From Takakia lepidozioides (lineage: Eukaryota; Plantae; Bryophyta), in assembly GCA_030704615.1 (NCBI GenBank), contig CM060733.1, positions 32,550,001 to 32,614,000 on the forward strand: DNA of 64,000 nt, in the 5' to 3' direction. Made by a program: the position numbers and the translations under genes. The notes below the pieces were generated by a model. That model did no database searches, had not been told where the DNA came from, and was given only the letters and a program-made list of their open reading frames with translations. Position 1 is the stretch's first letter; the number at the start of each line of letters is the position of its first letter. This document shows, one piece after another, positions 46,207 to 59,983 of this stretch.

Positions 46207-48250
46207 CTGCACCCACACTCCATCCTTGCCTCCTTCAGCTACCCCTGTTCCGACAACAAGAATGCATCAAACCTCTCTTTTGCTGCTAGTAGCTGATGAT
46301 GACAATGTAAACTTTATCTGGTAAAACACCCCAATCCCACTTCCAACAGACTAGTTCTTATGCTGAGTTGCTGACAAGACTTTAAAGACGTGTTAGGAAG
46401 GGAGGGAGGAGAATATTTGCGAGAAAGTTTTTCAATGCACCTTATCTGCTGTAAAAGAACAGTCATACATCTTTCTGCCTCGATTATCCCATTGTCCTGC
46501 AACCCCATTGGCAATAACATATCAAAAACACTTGGAACCACCAAAGATCCACCTGACAAGCTAACTTACAAGACACATGATGCAAAAGTAGGGACGGATC
46601 TGATGAAAGCCTGAAAGTGTTGAAGAAGAAAGTGGCCTCACCAGATTGTGCTTGATCTTTTGTCATAGGAGCAGCTAGCTTTTCTTTCACCCAAGGAGGA
46701 TTCAACCAACCACCAATGTGAAGGACGTCTTGTGTATGTCCATGGTCCGATGATCTTGGATTGGTCTGTGAAAACCACCAGGGTGCAGCTGGGCTGCCAT
46801 AGTTTTTAACACAAACTCACCCTCCATGGAGTTTGTAAGCACTAGGAAAACTCTTTGGAAATACACTCTCATGGCTACTTGGGAAGTAAAAGCTATACTA
46901 CCTGCAACATGTGCCACTTTTGTAGAACAGACACATCATACAGGAGGAAGCAAACCCACCCACACCCCCTCCTCCCTGACAGTTGTCCAACCGCTGTGAA
47001 GGAATTTTAAGAACCCCGACCAGTGCTGTTCCATAGTTGACCTTTGTGCTAGAACGTCCACGAGCATCAAAACCTTGACAGGTTCCCTTACAGAGGAAGT
47101 GCTTGTGAGACTTCCGACAACATTTATTCAAGTTATCCTGGGCTATCCAACACAACACACTGAATAAACATGTCCAAAATTAAAAATGCGATGCAAAGAT
47201 TGTGCCTCATACTCACTTTCATCTTCCAATTTTGAAGGAGCTCCACAATCCACAGGAGAGTTGGATCTGCAATCTGATATCCTTCCAACATTACCACGAT
47301 CTAGTGACATGGCAATTAGCTTTTCTTTCACCCAGCGAGGATTCAACCAACCTTCAATCCGGACCTCTTGTGTGCGCTGATTATGCCAGTAGTCTGGAGA
47401 ATTTGGATTCGTCTGTGAAAACCACCAGGTGCAGCTCAGAAGCCAGACTTTTAACCCCATTTCCCTTAGACCAAGCCACGACCATCAAACCTCCCAAGTA
47501 CATTGCACACTCCAGGGGAAAAACTTGGGCATCCTGCCTGAACAACATACGATACTGACACTACAGCTGGTTTTGCAGAAAAAACAGATATTCTAACTCA
47601 ACTCCATGACCAGGGGTAGACGAGTCCACAAAACAATTGTCATACCAGAGTCATCAAAATCCCTCCTTGACATATTTCTTCGCATTCGCTGTAGTCCAAC
47701 CATTGTGAAGGATCGTGAAAGAACTCCCGCCAGCGCTGTCCCATGCTCCAGCGTTGGCCTACGTGCCAGATTTACCAACATTTTCAAGAAGGTAAAGGGC
47801 GTCGACTATGGCCCTTATGTAACCATCCTATGTCTGCTAGTTCGATCAAATTAAATAAGTTTCTGCTAGACTGGTCAAACGACGCCTGCATCCCACTGTG
47901 CGTACAACACAGCGACCCCACAACAAGAAACTGCAAAGTATTTCGTTTTATCACCTAAATTCATTGGAATCCCTGAAGGCTTGTGAGGCGCCATAGCCAC
48001 CATTGGCAGGGGACTCGGCCCTTGGAGCATTGCCAAGGGGGATGCCGCTTTCAGCTCCACAGCCCAGCCCTTTAATCTGGTGCATGATGTGAGGCCTGTG
48101 GCATAACCGAAACGACAAGATAGGGCACTGGTTATGGAGTCTACATGCGGGCTCACGAGAATGCCGCAGCACTCCCCTGAGCGAAAGAATTTGCTTTGGT
48201 AGAACCCGTCCTGTGCACTTCGATGCGATGCAAGAAAGACCTCCTCATCC
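46207..48250 (-). pseudogene. Degenerate upstream exons encoding OSB/PTAC9-type PDF motifs and a possible transit-peptide exon, 5' of the DYW-PPR exon
   Basis: WREFFHDPSQWLDY (~47690-47735); TNPNSPDYWH..IEGWLNPRWVKEKL (47217-47412); HWSGFLK/PSQRLDN (~46985-47030); TNPRSSD..GGWLNPPWVKEKL (46642-46765); QWDNRGRK (~46471-46494). Several frameshifts. Confidence 0.6.
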
Positions 48251-49466
48251 AGCTTCAGCGATCACACAGCAGTTTTGGTATAAATGGTGGCAGTTACGAA
48301 TTTGCAGCCGCATGGGTTGGCAGACTAAGTTATCAATCGGAAGTCATGCAAGCGAGCTTCTCTTGCGGTCACGAATGTGACTTGGCTAGCAGTATTGCAT
48401 TTCGGAGTTCTCAAAAGCTCAATCGCATCTGGGGGAGAGGCAGCTGCAGATGTGATTGGTGTGCTGGCTTTTACTTTGGAGGCAATAGGCTGCAAGGAGA
48501 GAGGCTCTTATTCTGGGTTGGCATCATACTTCTCATTGTTTTGTAGCAGATTTACCACATGATTCTAGGGACAAACACATGCACTCTGCTATCTATTTCC
48601 TTGACCTTCAAGATTTCCCCAAACAGTTCTTGGGTACTTGTGTATGAGCAGCCACATGGCTGGTATGATTACCATGGCAATACCAATCCAGCTTCTAGTT
48701 TATCCCTGTCCATAGATGAAAAAAGACATGCTTCTATTGAGAGCCCTGAGGGATAGTTGCTTTATTCTTTATAAATATTCTAATACAATGGAACCAGATG
48801 GTAATACTAAGTAGAAACATTTCAATATGAAGACCCGGCCGCCCAACACTCACACTAATCTACTCAAACTAAAAGGCCTACCAGATGAGTGAAGAAAATC
48901 CTGCTATCCTCCAGAAAAGGCCCCACTGAGTGATCATCTAATTCAGGTTTTCTTTCATTGTCCATGATCCTTAGACTAGAGCTCAACACCTGAAGGTTTG
49001 GGCTACACACAAAGCTGCGAAACCCAATTCGTGAGCCTGATCCTGCCTTCAGCATACATTAGTCCTTGGAAACTTTCAAGCTATTGGTTCCAAGGGTCCA
49101 CACTCCACACTGATGAGAAATTCAGCACACCCTCTCCCCTCTTCGTACTAGGCCTATGCCGGTCTGGCTCTTGTCGTTGCTGCTTGCATCTCCATCTCTG
49201 TTGGTTTCTCCTCATCCATCCAACATTGACAATATCTGGGCACAAGGAGGCAAGGAAGGGGCATCACTCTTCCTCTGTTTGGCCTCCAAACAGTGGCAAC
49301 AAGTGCAAATATATCGGTAACTCTTGAAGCACATCAGCCTCCCTTATCTATTTCCAAGCTATGTGTGAGGTTGATACAGTTTCAGGAGATATACACATGT
49401 GAGCTCTACCTTGGAAGGATGGAAATTCAATAGTTCCGAACTTCTTGACATGTAGACAGCAGAATA

Positions 49467-52400
49467 TCACAACAAGATGTCAGTCCCAGGTATCAGATTG
49501 CCACCCATCAACTCATCTACCCTTTTCCGGATCCTTGGCAATGTTTCAGGGGCCTGTGCTGATTCTGGTGAGTCAGCTGCTGCCACATAGTGTGGCTGCA
49601 GAGTCCGAAGAACGAGGACCCGCACATCAGGGTCTTGCAAGTCAGAGGCTGGCATCTTCTCCAGCAGTTCTAGCCCTCTCTCTTCATCTTCCCCAGCTAC
49701 AAATGCACGGAATAATCTGCAATCCAAAACAGAGGTGAAGCCACCCATAAGAGAAGACTCCCCTTTTCCTTTTCTTCAAGCTTAGATATGATTAAAGCAC
49801 GAGGGACAACTTTTTTGTTCTACAGTTTACAGGACACATATCTGTCAAGGTGACTTGCTTTAGACCAAATTACTCGTAGCACTAACATTGCCAGAATTTC
49901 CAAGGTAATCGTTACCTAATCATGGAGAAGATATTCAGAGGAAGACCCTCATGCTCCATCTCACGGACCACCCGCTGTGCTTGCTCGGAGTCGTTCATGG
50001 CTGCGGCAGCATCAAGAAGAGCTTCCAGAGCCATGCGTGACGGCCGCAAGCCCAACTTCTGCATGGCCTCAACCACCGCAAAACCATCTTCCACATCCAG
50101 CCAGCACATCTCATTCTCATCTATTCCTCCATTTGATATGTGCAGAAATATCTGATAGAACAAAACCATTTCTCAGTTTATGCTACTATAAAAGCTTAGT
50201 AGAATATTATACACTATACATGTTTATCCATGTATAATTTGAGTAGAATGACTCCAACATACAAAACTGGCACTGAATGACACTGTAAGAGATGTTTGTT
50301 TGAATGTTGGTAATAATATACCTTGAGGGCTTCTCATGGGAAACTGTTATTCCCGAGGCCAACAATAGGGTTTAAATCCATGAGACCGGAAATAGCATAG
50401 CAAGTGTGCCAGTGATCCTCTTAATGACCATCTTGATACTGTTGTCCTAGATAGAAAAGAGGCACACCACTACCAGGCGGGGCAAGGGTGATAAAACAAC
50501 AGCAACCATGTGGACCATGAATGCTGTCTCAAGCAAAGAAAATCCACCTTGTCAAAGAGCACACCCTCATCAGCGATCCCCTCCTCCTTAACTTTTTGCA
50601 GAAAATTTACTGCCCTCCTGTTCTCACATCCCCAGACAACATTCAGATCAGTCACCCCAAGGGGAAGGAAACCAAACCCTATGGTGTATGACATTACACC
50701 TGATTGTTTCAAGTGGATTAAATGTGTTTTGCTCAGGTCTTACAATAGCTTACAATAATCTTATAGTTACTGCTGTACACAAAAACCTTTGATCTCGTTA
50801 GTGACTCCAAGGACTTCACTATTGGAGTCAGCAGCTACAGAATCGATACCATTCAAGGCCGATCCTCACATGGAGGACATGGCTGTGCTAGCACACTCAT
50901 GGGTACTGTGTCCGATGCACGACTATGGTCCCTCTTAATTTTTAATCAAAGGTCCTTCTCCCTTTCCAAAGGAGAAAGATATGAGACCAGGAGGGACATA
51001 CGCAAGCTGGTTATGGCGGATGCAGCCAAGCACCACATTAATGCAGCGAATATTTAGGTGCTCAGCACGCTGCCGTTGGTTCATACTGGGCCACTGATCA
51101 TCATGGCGACACTCCTCAAAAACTGTGAACATACGTTCCAAATCCCCTGCCTTCCCTAGAGCTGCCTGCAATACATCCCTCTCAAAGATCATTAACAATA
51201 ATTGTGCATGTGCAAACATGGGTACATAGCTTGTTGGTTGAGGAACACCTAATTTCAATACTGAGAAGGAACAATCCTCTCTTCACAATGCAATGTGCAT
51301 ATGTAGAAAATGGTGTCTTTATATGCCAGTACAACACATGTAAGGCTGCCATACCCCTATTATGACAAGCATCGTTAAGATGAGACTGTCACTGCCAAGA
51401 TTGAGGCAAGATTACACAACGTTGAAAGCAAAACTAATGCAATGAGCTGCCAATCCAATACCTCTGTTACCATGTCTAGACATTTAGGACCGAGGTGGAC
51501 CAGGAGCCCCTAGGCAAAACAAAAACATGATAATTGAGGACTCCATACCACCAGTGAGCCAATGGCATATGCCTGTGGAAGTACACCTTCCCTCTTGATT
51601 TCGTCATACAAAGAAAAAGCATCATCAAGGCGGCCAGCCAGAGCTAGTCCTGCTAAGATAGAACTCTTAGCCTCCATCCCCACCGCCTCTCCATTCCTTT
51701 CTATATCCCGCACCATCTGCTTATTGGACATTTATAAACCCCAATTGCAGTTCAGAGATGGCAGGAGGCAGGGTGGAATGGAAGAACCAGAAGGGAGGAA
51801 GATGTGGTGAACAAACCACAGAAATTACGAACATCTATAGGGGTTTAAGGGCAGAAAAAGGAAAACGTTAATCACATCACCAACAGAGAGGCATCACTAT
51901 ATCAAGGCCCTTGATCTGTTTCAAAAGTAAATTTGCAACAACTTGACTGGACTTTAACCTGATGATCAAATCTCAAGCTCAGTACTTGTGATTAAGAGGT
52001 TCCTCTTTACATACTTACACTCACGTCAGAGGGGGAGAAAAAACAACTAACCTCAATACCACGATCAAGATTGCCACACTTTGCAAAGACTGTCGACATG
52101 ACTGTGAAGATGGACTGATTGGGCTTTATCCCACGCTCCTGCATCTGATCAAACAACTGCACTTCCAAGAAACATTTGTAGCTTCACAAAAGGGAGGGAG
52201 GAAAAGTCTTGCACTATACCCTACACCCCAACCCACTGACACACCTTGACCAACTTTGCCCACCATGTATAAATATTGGCTCTCAAGTATATATGGGTGG
52301 GTGTCATTCTCCTCCCTCCACCCTTTCTCACTTGGATCCTCTCCATCTAGCCACGAGGCTTCGGCAAACGTAGTCTTATGAGTACATTCTATCTACAAAT

Positions 52401-55400
52401 AATAACCCTGGTGAGTGTGAACCGCACAAAGCTCCAGGTGAGTTAGTTTCCTGCGGGATCAATGGCCGTAAGGCTATGCCAAGCCAACGTTACTACGGAA
52501 CCGCATCATACATTCCATCTACACATAATTTGAAACCCAGAATGCAATAATGCATAAGTCTAGGACAAAAGGCCATACCTCTGATGCCCTTCAAAATTAC
52601 CTTTTACTCTCTACTTAGGACGTAAATTTGGTATGTACCTGGACAGCCTTGTCCTGATTTCTGGTGAGGGAGCATGCAAATATGAGGAGGCGATAGGTGG
52701 TCAAATCAGGCTTCACTCCTGTTGTCTCCATCTCATTCAACACAGCCATAGCTCGATCAAACCGTCCCTGCTCCCCACATTAGCACCCTTTTAACAATGA
52801 AGGGAGCAGGAGACGAAGCATAGGAGAGATGAGGAACAGATAGACATAGACATATGGTCCTCACAGGAGTCAGTAGTACAGGAGAGAATAAGAGACACAG
52901 CACAAATACTGTATGTGGAGGATCTCACTTAAGTGCATAGTGGCAGCAGCAAGGGATCGGACATGATTAAAGCACCAATGAGAAAGCAACCATACATCCA
53001 TGAGTCAGCCTACTCTTGCTACGGCTTTGATACAGTCAGTGCCGATATCTCTGCCGAAGACACTAGTTTTAAACCAAAGGACTGACGATTAAGCAACCAC
53101 CACCAAAAGAGATGTTCATGCAACCCTTCAGATAATAGCCTCTCCAGAGGCGCAGTGGTAGGTTTGCCTTACACATGTACATCATAGTAACCAAAACAGC
53201 TCCACCTGATACCACACAAACTAAAGGAGAAAGTAAAAGTGCTCACTCCAGAGCCAAACAAGGCCAAACAAGTACTTACACAATGACATGCCAACAACCT
53301 GGGAGAGAATTACCAGGAGAGAATTACCTGGGTGGCAAATCCCAAGATGAGGGGATTGTAACAATGACTGTTGGGCTGCACACCAAGCTCCTTCATTTCT
53401 ACGAACATGCCATATGCCTTCTCCATCTGGTCCGTCCACAATGCAGAGATGGAATCTGTAAGAATTTGCGATCAAATGCTCATATAGGACCCGCTTTAAC
53501 TTTCAGATTGCATGAGCAGCTGCAGTACACAAAGCAGAGATTGCTGTTGGGGGTGGGAGCAAAGGGGTTTATGAGAGAGAGAACGTTGTTTTTCTTGTTC
53601 CGAGTGGTAAAAGAAAAAGGGTAGAGGCAGCAAACTAACGTCACCAAGCTTGACACAAGCGCTGACAAGAGAGTTGTAGGTCACCACAGATGGCTGCACC
53701 CCCAGCCTGCACATGGCCGCCTTCATCTCCAATGCCTGCCCCCAACCAGATAATCCACTGTTTGAGAGGCGCTTCATCTCCACATTGTCCCATGGATTCT
53801 CGGCCTCCTGGACATTATCAAGTTTCTTGCCTTCTTTCTCTCTCTTCTTGCTCGTGGCAAGAAAAGCAGGACACCGAACATCAAAATCTCCATGTAATTT
53901 TCCCTGTTGTGCTACCTTGCCCCCTTGGCCCTGTGTTGAAATTCTAAAGTATTTTCTTTCTTTGTCCCTACCAATGTTCAAGTTCCCTACTTTATCTCTT
54001 CTGATGCACCTTTGAACTACAAGAAACATCACTCTCCCTCACGCAACAGCATGCTTTCTTAGATCATGTCAATACTAGTCCTACACGCAAAATTCCCTAT
54101 AAGAGATTCTTCGAACGAGCGTTGGGGCCATTGGAGGGTTCAAAACCCTCAGGGAAGTATGCTTTCAAGGATACACACATTTCAGCAGGAAAATTCTCAC
54201 CCTCTCTTATAGGTTTGTAACATTCAAACACGCACCTCTTCGAGCATGGTCCAACGAGCAAACTCACGAATAAAAGGATTGAAAGAGAATGGCGATAGCT
54301 CCAACTTTCTCCTCTGCATCTCATCTAAGAAATCCAGACCTTGAGAAACCTACAACCATTTAGGATATAGAAACTGTTCAAAAATCTGGACTCTCACAAA
54401 GCATAAGAGCAATAAACACCTTTCTTTTCTGTAACACAACCCTTGACCTTGGGTTCTGCTTCATCAGCCTGGAAAGAAAGAGCATATGAGATTGTCCTTG
54501 CTTATGGACTACTCACCGTCATGGCCAGTTTGTGAATTATTCATCCTCAGGAGAGAAAACCTTACCTCACCCTGTCTGCAGGAAAAATCAATGAGGATGT
54601 TGAAAACACAGGCTGCCCCCTTCACATTGAACCGCTCCTCCACATCTCTAAAGGCACTTACTGCTTCATCCAGCTACAAAGCCAGTCCACAGTGAACGCA
54701 CAATAGGTACTTGTAACCGAGGTTTTCTTGTACCAAACTTCCACTCAATGCTGATTGTAACCTGTAAATACTTTAAGCTTTCCCTTCACCCTCCCTTCAC
54801 CTTTCTCAACCTCCCTCTCTAAAATCTTGAAAGGCAAACTTTCACAGAAGAACCAAAACGCAGTTTAATTCCATACCTTGTGGCTTTTAGCATACCCAAG
54901 AATAAAGGTGTTCAAGTAGTAACCCATCTGCTCCTCACTTGTACCTGTGCCATCCATTCACACACTAAGACACTCTTGTATTCAGCATCTGACTAGGCTC
55001 CACATACTGCCCTGTATCAGTAGGCATTATACACAACTTTGTTGGTAGGGCAGAGCAAGAAGACAGAGGGAGTGCTCTGCTGTAGAGTTGCATTGAACTT
55101 CCACAACAACAAGTATCTGCCAGCAGTTGCTTACCCTTCTCTTTCAGTATAGAAAAACTATGTAAAGCAGCCTCCCGTTGGCCATGCTTGCCAAGACACT
55201 GAAACGCACTGGTCACACTAGCACTGGAGTTTATTGTGGGCAGCACTTTGGGAAGTAACTCCAGCAGCTCTGGAATTTTTTCGTCCTTTGAAAATACTGT
55301 CAAGAACCAGGCTACCCTGACCATGTACGCCATGTCCCCCCATGCCATCGGATCATGCCTGCCCCGTCAGTCTGCCTCCTTTTCAACCATTCAACCCTCT

Positions 55401-57907
55401 CTGTTTCTTACCTTGCAAACAGCGTCTAATGATACATTCTCTTTTGTTGTTTTTTCTCTTCCAATTGCTGCTCTGAAAAGTTGTGCTACCCATTTCTTCT
55501 TCCAAAATATTTCCCTGGATTGGTCGTCTTGAGTCTCTCTTTGTCTCTCACACACCACGGAGAAACTCTAAAAACCTCCGAACCATCCCCTGGTACTGCA
55601 TTCAAAATACAGCTCCAGGAGTAGCTCAATTTCAGGAACACAGGTTGAAGTGGAGTAAGGTTAGTCACCATCTAGCGAAGCAGCCATCTTCACGTTTTCA
55701 CTCTTGGATTCAAGGTAGAGCGTCTTAGCCCTATCAAAGTTACACAGTCTCAGTGCTAGCTGGATTTCATGGTACTTGAAGACTCCATCAAACGGGACTC
55801 CATCCTCCTCCATGTACTTCGTAAGCTCTTCGAACTCGGCAAGCTTTCCCTTTGCAGCCAGCCATGCCATGATTGGCTTGTAGGTCAGGATATTAGGTAG
55901 AATACCCTTCTCCCGCATCTCTCGCAAAGTCTCAATGGCTCTTGAGGCCCACACCTCCCGCTTAGCGGGTTCGGGACGGGCAGTGGAGCCTGGTTCCTCC
56001 TCCTTCACCCACAATTGCAAGAAATCAACATATCGGCAGGGATATTTGCAGGTCACATGCAATCTGTACCTACAACCATGGAATGGACCAGCAGTGCTAA
56101 CACAACAAACCTATGATGCCATTGTAAAGCTAGGGAGGCCTCAAGTTTGCCATGGTTTCCAGACTATCTAGAGAAAAGGCCACACACATCCACAAGTATA
56201 TAAAAAAGGACAGTGTCATGCAGTCGAATAAAAACAATTAAGGTGGTTACATTCCTCCCTTCTGCAATGAGAAATTGCTCTAATATGAGAGAGGAATGTG
56301 AACTATGGAAAACCTATGATAAACAAGGTTCTAACTTTCTGTGATCAGCTTCACAACACTTGGCTGACTTTACCTTCACCACCATATCCATAAATGCTCT
56401 AATCAAAATTGTGTAGGGGACCACATTGGGAGCCACCCCAGCCTGTAACATGCGTTTGAACACTGGGAGGACAGACTCAGGCCCCAGCTCTCGCACACAC
56501 TGTGTCATTAACCGAGAGTACATGATAACATTCATGTCCTCCCCTGTGGACCCTCCTTTCTCCGCCAGATCGTCATGAACCACCAACATCTCCTCAAACC
56601 TCCTTTGCTTCACAAGGTTAAAGAGCCTTCGTATGCTCAGCACTCGAGGGACATCACTCATGATGTCAGACTGCTTGTGCGCAGACATTCGCGGCCACCC
56701 ACTTTTAGTTACCTTTGGGGCTGTTTGATAAAAGCCAACCTCATTTGCATCGTCATCCCCAATATCTGGTGATGCAATAACGGCAGTATCACCATGTGTG
56801 TTTTCAGATTCTGCAAATATTTCAAAACAAAACTGTCAATGTGAGAGCCTTGTAAACTCTGAGGTCACATTTGAGTGGGGTAACCTGAGATTAAAGAAGA
56901 GCTTTCAAAGATGAAAACAAATGAACCAGAACAAACCTTCAATACAAAGACAAACAGAATTCATGGGAAGCCCGCATATCTGTGGTCACGTTTTACAACC
57001 CCTCTGAAGCTTCTATCATTTGATATAGTGCCCTTTAATGCACAGGAGTGACATAAATCTGAGAGCATTTTGTCAAGAAAGTTGAGCACACACTGTGGTG
57101 CCAGTACTTCTTGACTGTTTCTGATTGGTGCAAAGTTCAGAGCATCAACCTGTCTTGTCTACACTTGAAAGAAAACGATCTGCTGAACAGCTCCGGTGAT
57201 AGTTTTTGAGGAAAAAATCACGATCTCTGATAGAAGGATGTGGTTGATTTGTCTCATAGTCAATTGATTCTCTGAGTTATGAGACAGCATCCCAATTTCC
57301 ATGTGTGTGACTCTTGGCCTCTACAACCGTCACCAGGCAAGTCAGAATTTTCTTGCCAAAATTAGAAAATGGTCATATGTGACCACGTGGGTATGGCCTC
57401 CAGCTGATGCATTAGGCTGTAAGCATCGGTTCTGCTTCGAGTTGGATTTGGACCTCTTGCAGCAGACAGGGCAGGTTTGGCAGACCCAACTTGTCGGTGG
57501 CTCTAAATTAACCATTACTCATAGATGTTCTATGATGGAAAACCTAGTTAGTGAATTAGCCATAATTGTAATCTCAGTACAGAGCACGTATCTTTACTGC
57601 CAGAGCAAAGCGATTAGGTGTGTTACAGTGGAATGCAGCTATAATGTGCCCAATCATGATTGATTGCTGTGACAAACAGAGTTCTCTCAGACGTTCCAAG
57701 GTCATGTAATAAGAAATTTACGTGATGCCCCCAAGGACATAGAAAGCTTTGGTACCAGAAATGTCCATTACATTTGATGATCAGTCCAAAACACATACCA
57801 GAAGGCCATGAATTCTGAGCCAGAGCGAGAGAGAGAGTCCGAGACGACGTCGACAATAGGCGCTCAAACACAGAGGGACGACGCATCGTACGCACGACGC
57901 GCGCCAT
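49467..57907 (-). CDS. Multi-exon P-class PPR protein, likely mitochondrial (resembles the At4g04790/At4g21880 family)
   Basis: R/S-rich presequence MARVVRTMRRPSVFERLLSTSS at 57907. PPR exons include MLQAGVAPNVVPYTILI, MREKGILPNILTYKPIM, LGVQPSVVTYNSLVSAC and IKREGVLPQAYAIGSL. C-terminal LGLRPSRMALEALLDA..GLPLNIFSMIR|LFRAFVAG with consistent splice phase; stop at 49467. Internal exon borders are not all resolved. Confidence 0.85.
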
Positions 57908-58806
57908 AGCTTCACCACGCTTTCCACTCCTTGCATCCGCCTATTTGTCTCTTTCTCTCCACCGCCCACACAGATCTAAATCTTGCAGTTACAGCGGCAA
58001 AAACCTGTGTAATGTAGAGCTATAAACAGCACCTCCATTTGCATCCACCCCAATGTGTCACATTCTGGCCCCCGTCTCTCTCTCTCTCTCCCTCTCTCTC
58101 CTTCTCCCTCTCCGTTCCAAGCCTCCCCCAAGGAGCTGGGGGAGATAAACCCTGACCTTTCTCCTCCAACACTCTTGTGACCTTTTGTCGGGCGGACTCT
58201 TCGTTCGTCCAAACCACCGTTCCCCTCAAACGAAGTGGAATTTCGTCCACTTAAGTTTCCTTCAAAGACGCGCCTCGTCCGTCCATCTTCGTTCACATTC
58301 CCTTCAGGTGTCCTCCACATTAGGCTTTATTGGCTGTCTTGTAGAGAGAGACTTTGCGGAGACATGCAAGTCAATGGAACTGATTGGTGTGTTGTGCTGA
58401 GTCATGCTCCCTAGTCTTCCCTTCCTCTTATGTTGTGCCAAAGCAAAGCAAGAGAGCCAATTGCTGTTTGAGGCTTGTTATCACATGGGGTTTGTTATCA
58501 AGAAAAGTGATGGAGGTCTATATACTCTAACAACATGAATGATTTTTCTTGTATTTATATTAAAAATTGCTGCTATGTATTCTGCACTATTGTGTGAAAA
58601 TGTTTGATGGATGATAATGATGTAATATTGTCATACAATATCATTGTACGGCATGACTACCATGTACAGGTATATATGACTTGCAATTGATATATTTGTG
58701 CAAAAAGCTATTCTCGGAGCCAATAATCTTTCTTCTAATCCATTGATTTTTTCAGACGATGATGTTTTTATTTAGTGCAATTGTAGTAGGCACAATATAG
58801 GAAGAT

Positions 58807-59356
58807 AATAAGAATAATGTAAGAACTTAATGCACACGTGCAACCTCTGACAGGATGGTACATCGGTTTCCGGCATGTCAAATCCTCCCCACCCTCTCTT
58901 TAGAGTGACATGGAACTGAAGGAGTGTAAACTCGAGTCGGGGTTACACTGGGTTACACGACGAGGTGTGTAACTCCACTTGGGGTTACACAGAATCGATG
59001 TAACTCACACTTGGTCTCGAAATTTGTCCAAATTTGGTTAAGTATAAAATGGACTAACAAGAGTTACATGAGAAAACGGGATTATAGAGGGTTACACCGA
59101 CCAAGGTTACACACAAGTGCCACCCATCAAGAATTGAACGCTGAATCATGCCGCCTGCAATGCTACCACCTTTCCATCATGCTACCCACCGCAGCTTGAA
59201 ACCCACTTGGATTATGAAGTATTTAATAGTGAAACCGAGGTAAGAAGAGGTGGGGAGGATTTGACAGGGGGCCGCCGGAGGAGCCCAGGCTGCCGGAACC
59301 CGGCGAAAGTACCATCAGATCACAAGCGTCCATTAAGTTCATACATTATTCTTATT
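58807..59356. mobile_element. MITE/foldback-like element with long imperfect terminal inverted repeats
   Basis: AATAAGAATAATGTAAGAACTTAATG..GATGGTA..TGTCAAATCCTCCCCACC pairs with GGTGGGGAGGATTTGACA..TACCATC..CATTAAGTTCATACATTATTCTTATT. Internal GGTTACAC/GTAACTC repeats. No TSD identified. Confidence 0.7.
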
Positions 59357-59983
59357 GACTTCACACAATATATTTAGAACATTTATTTATTTCAACTTTG
59401 ACAGAAGAATAGTGGATTATCATTTATTGATAATACTTGCATTATAGATGGAATACTTTTCCACAAGGTAAGCTAGCCCGCCGTATTCTCTCCTAGTGTG
59501 ATGAGACAACAAATTGCAGCAGAACATTCACTGCGTCGAAGAGCAGCTCTCCCTTCATGGAGAGAGCTGGTCCACTTTAACACAAGATTCAATGCTCATT
59601 GTTGGTACAGTGGGTGCCATTGTTATAAGAGGGGAAAAGGATGGAGGAGCACTTGCAAACCAGCACCATGCGGCAGTAATGAAAAGTTTGGATCCCCACT
59701 TCATCTCCTCCCTCTACTAGAATTGAACTGCAAGTGAACCTGCTTCCTCAAGTAGCCACTAGAGGCTTTGGTAGCTTTGAACCAACCAGAAACGGGGTGA
59801 TTATTCCCCAACATTGATCCAACCATTATATAAACCATCACTAAAGTAACATGTCCTCAAGTAGCATGCTGAAAATACATTGGCATACAATGAATAATCT
59901 TTCAACTCTCCAAAAAGATTTGAGTGTTGATGTGTCCAATACTAGTTTACAACCAAGCCCAGATCAAAAGATGAGCGACATAC

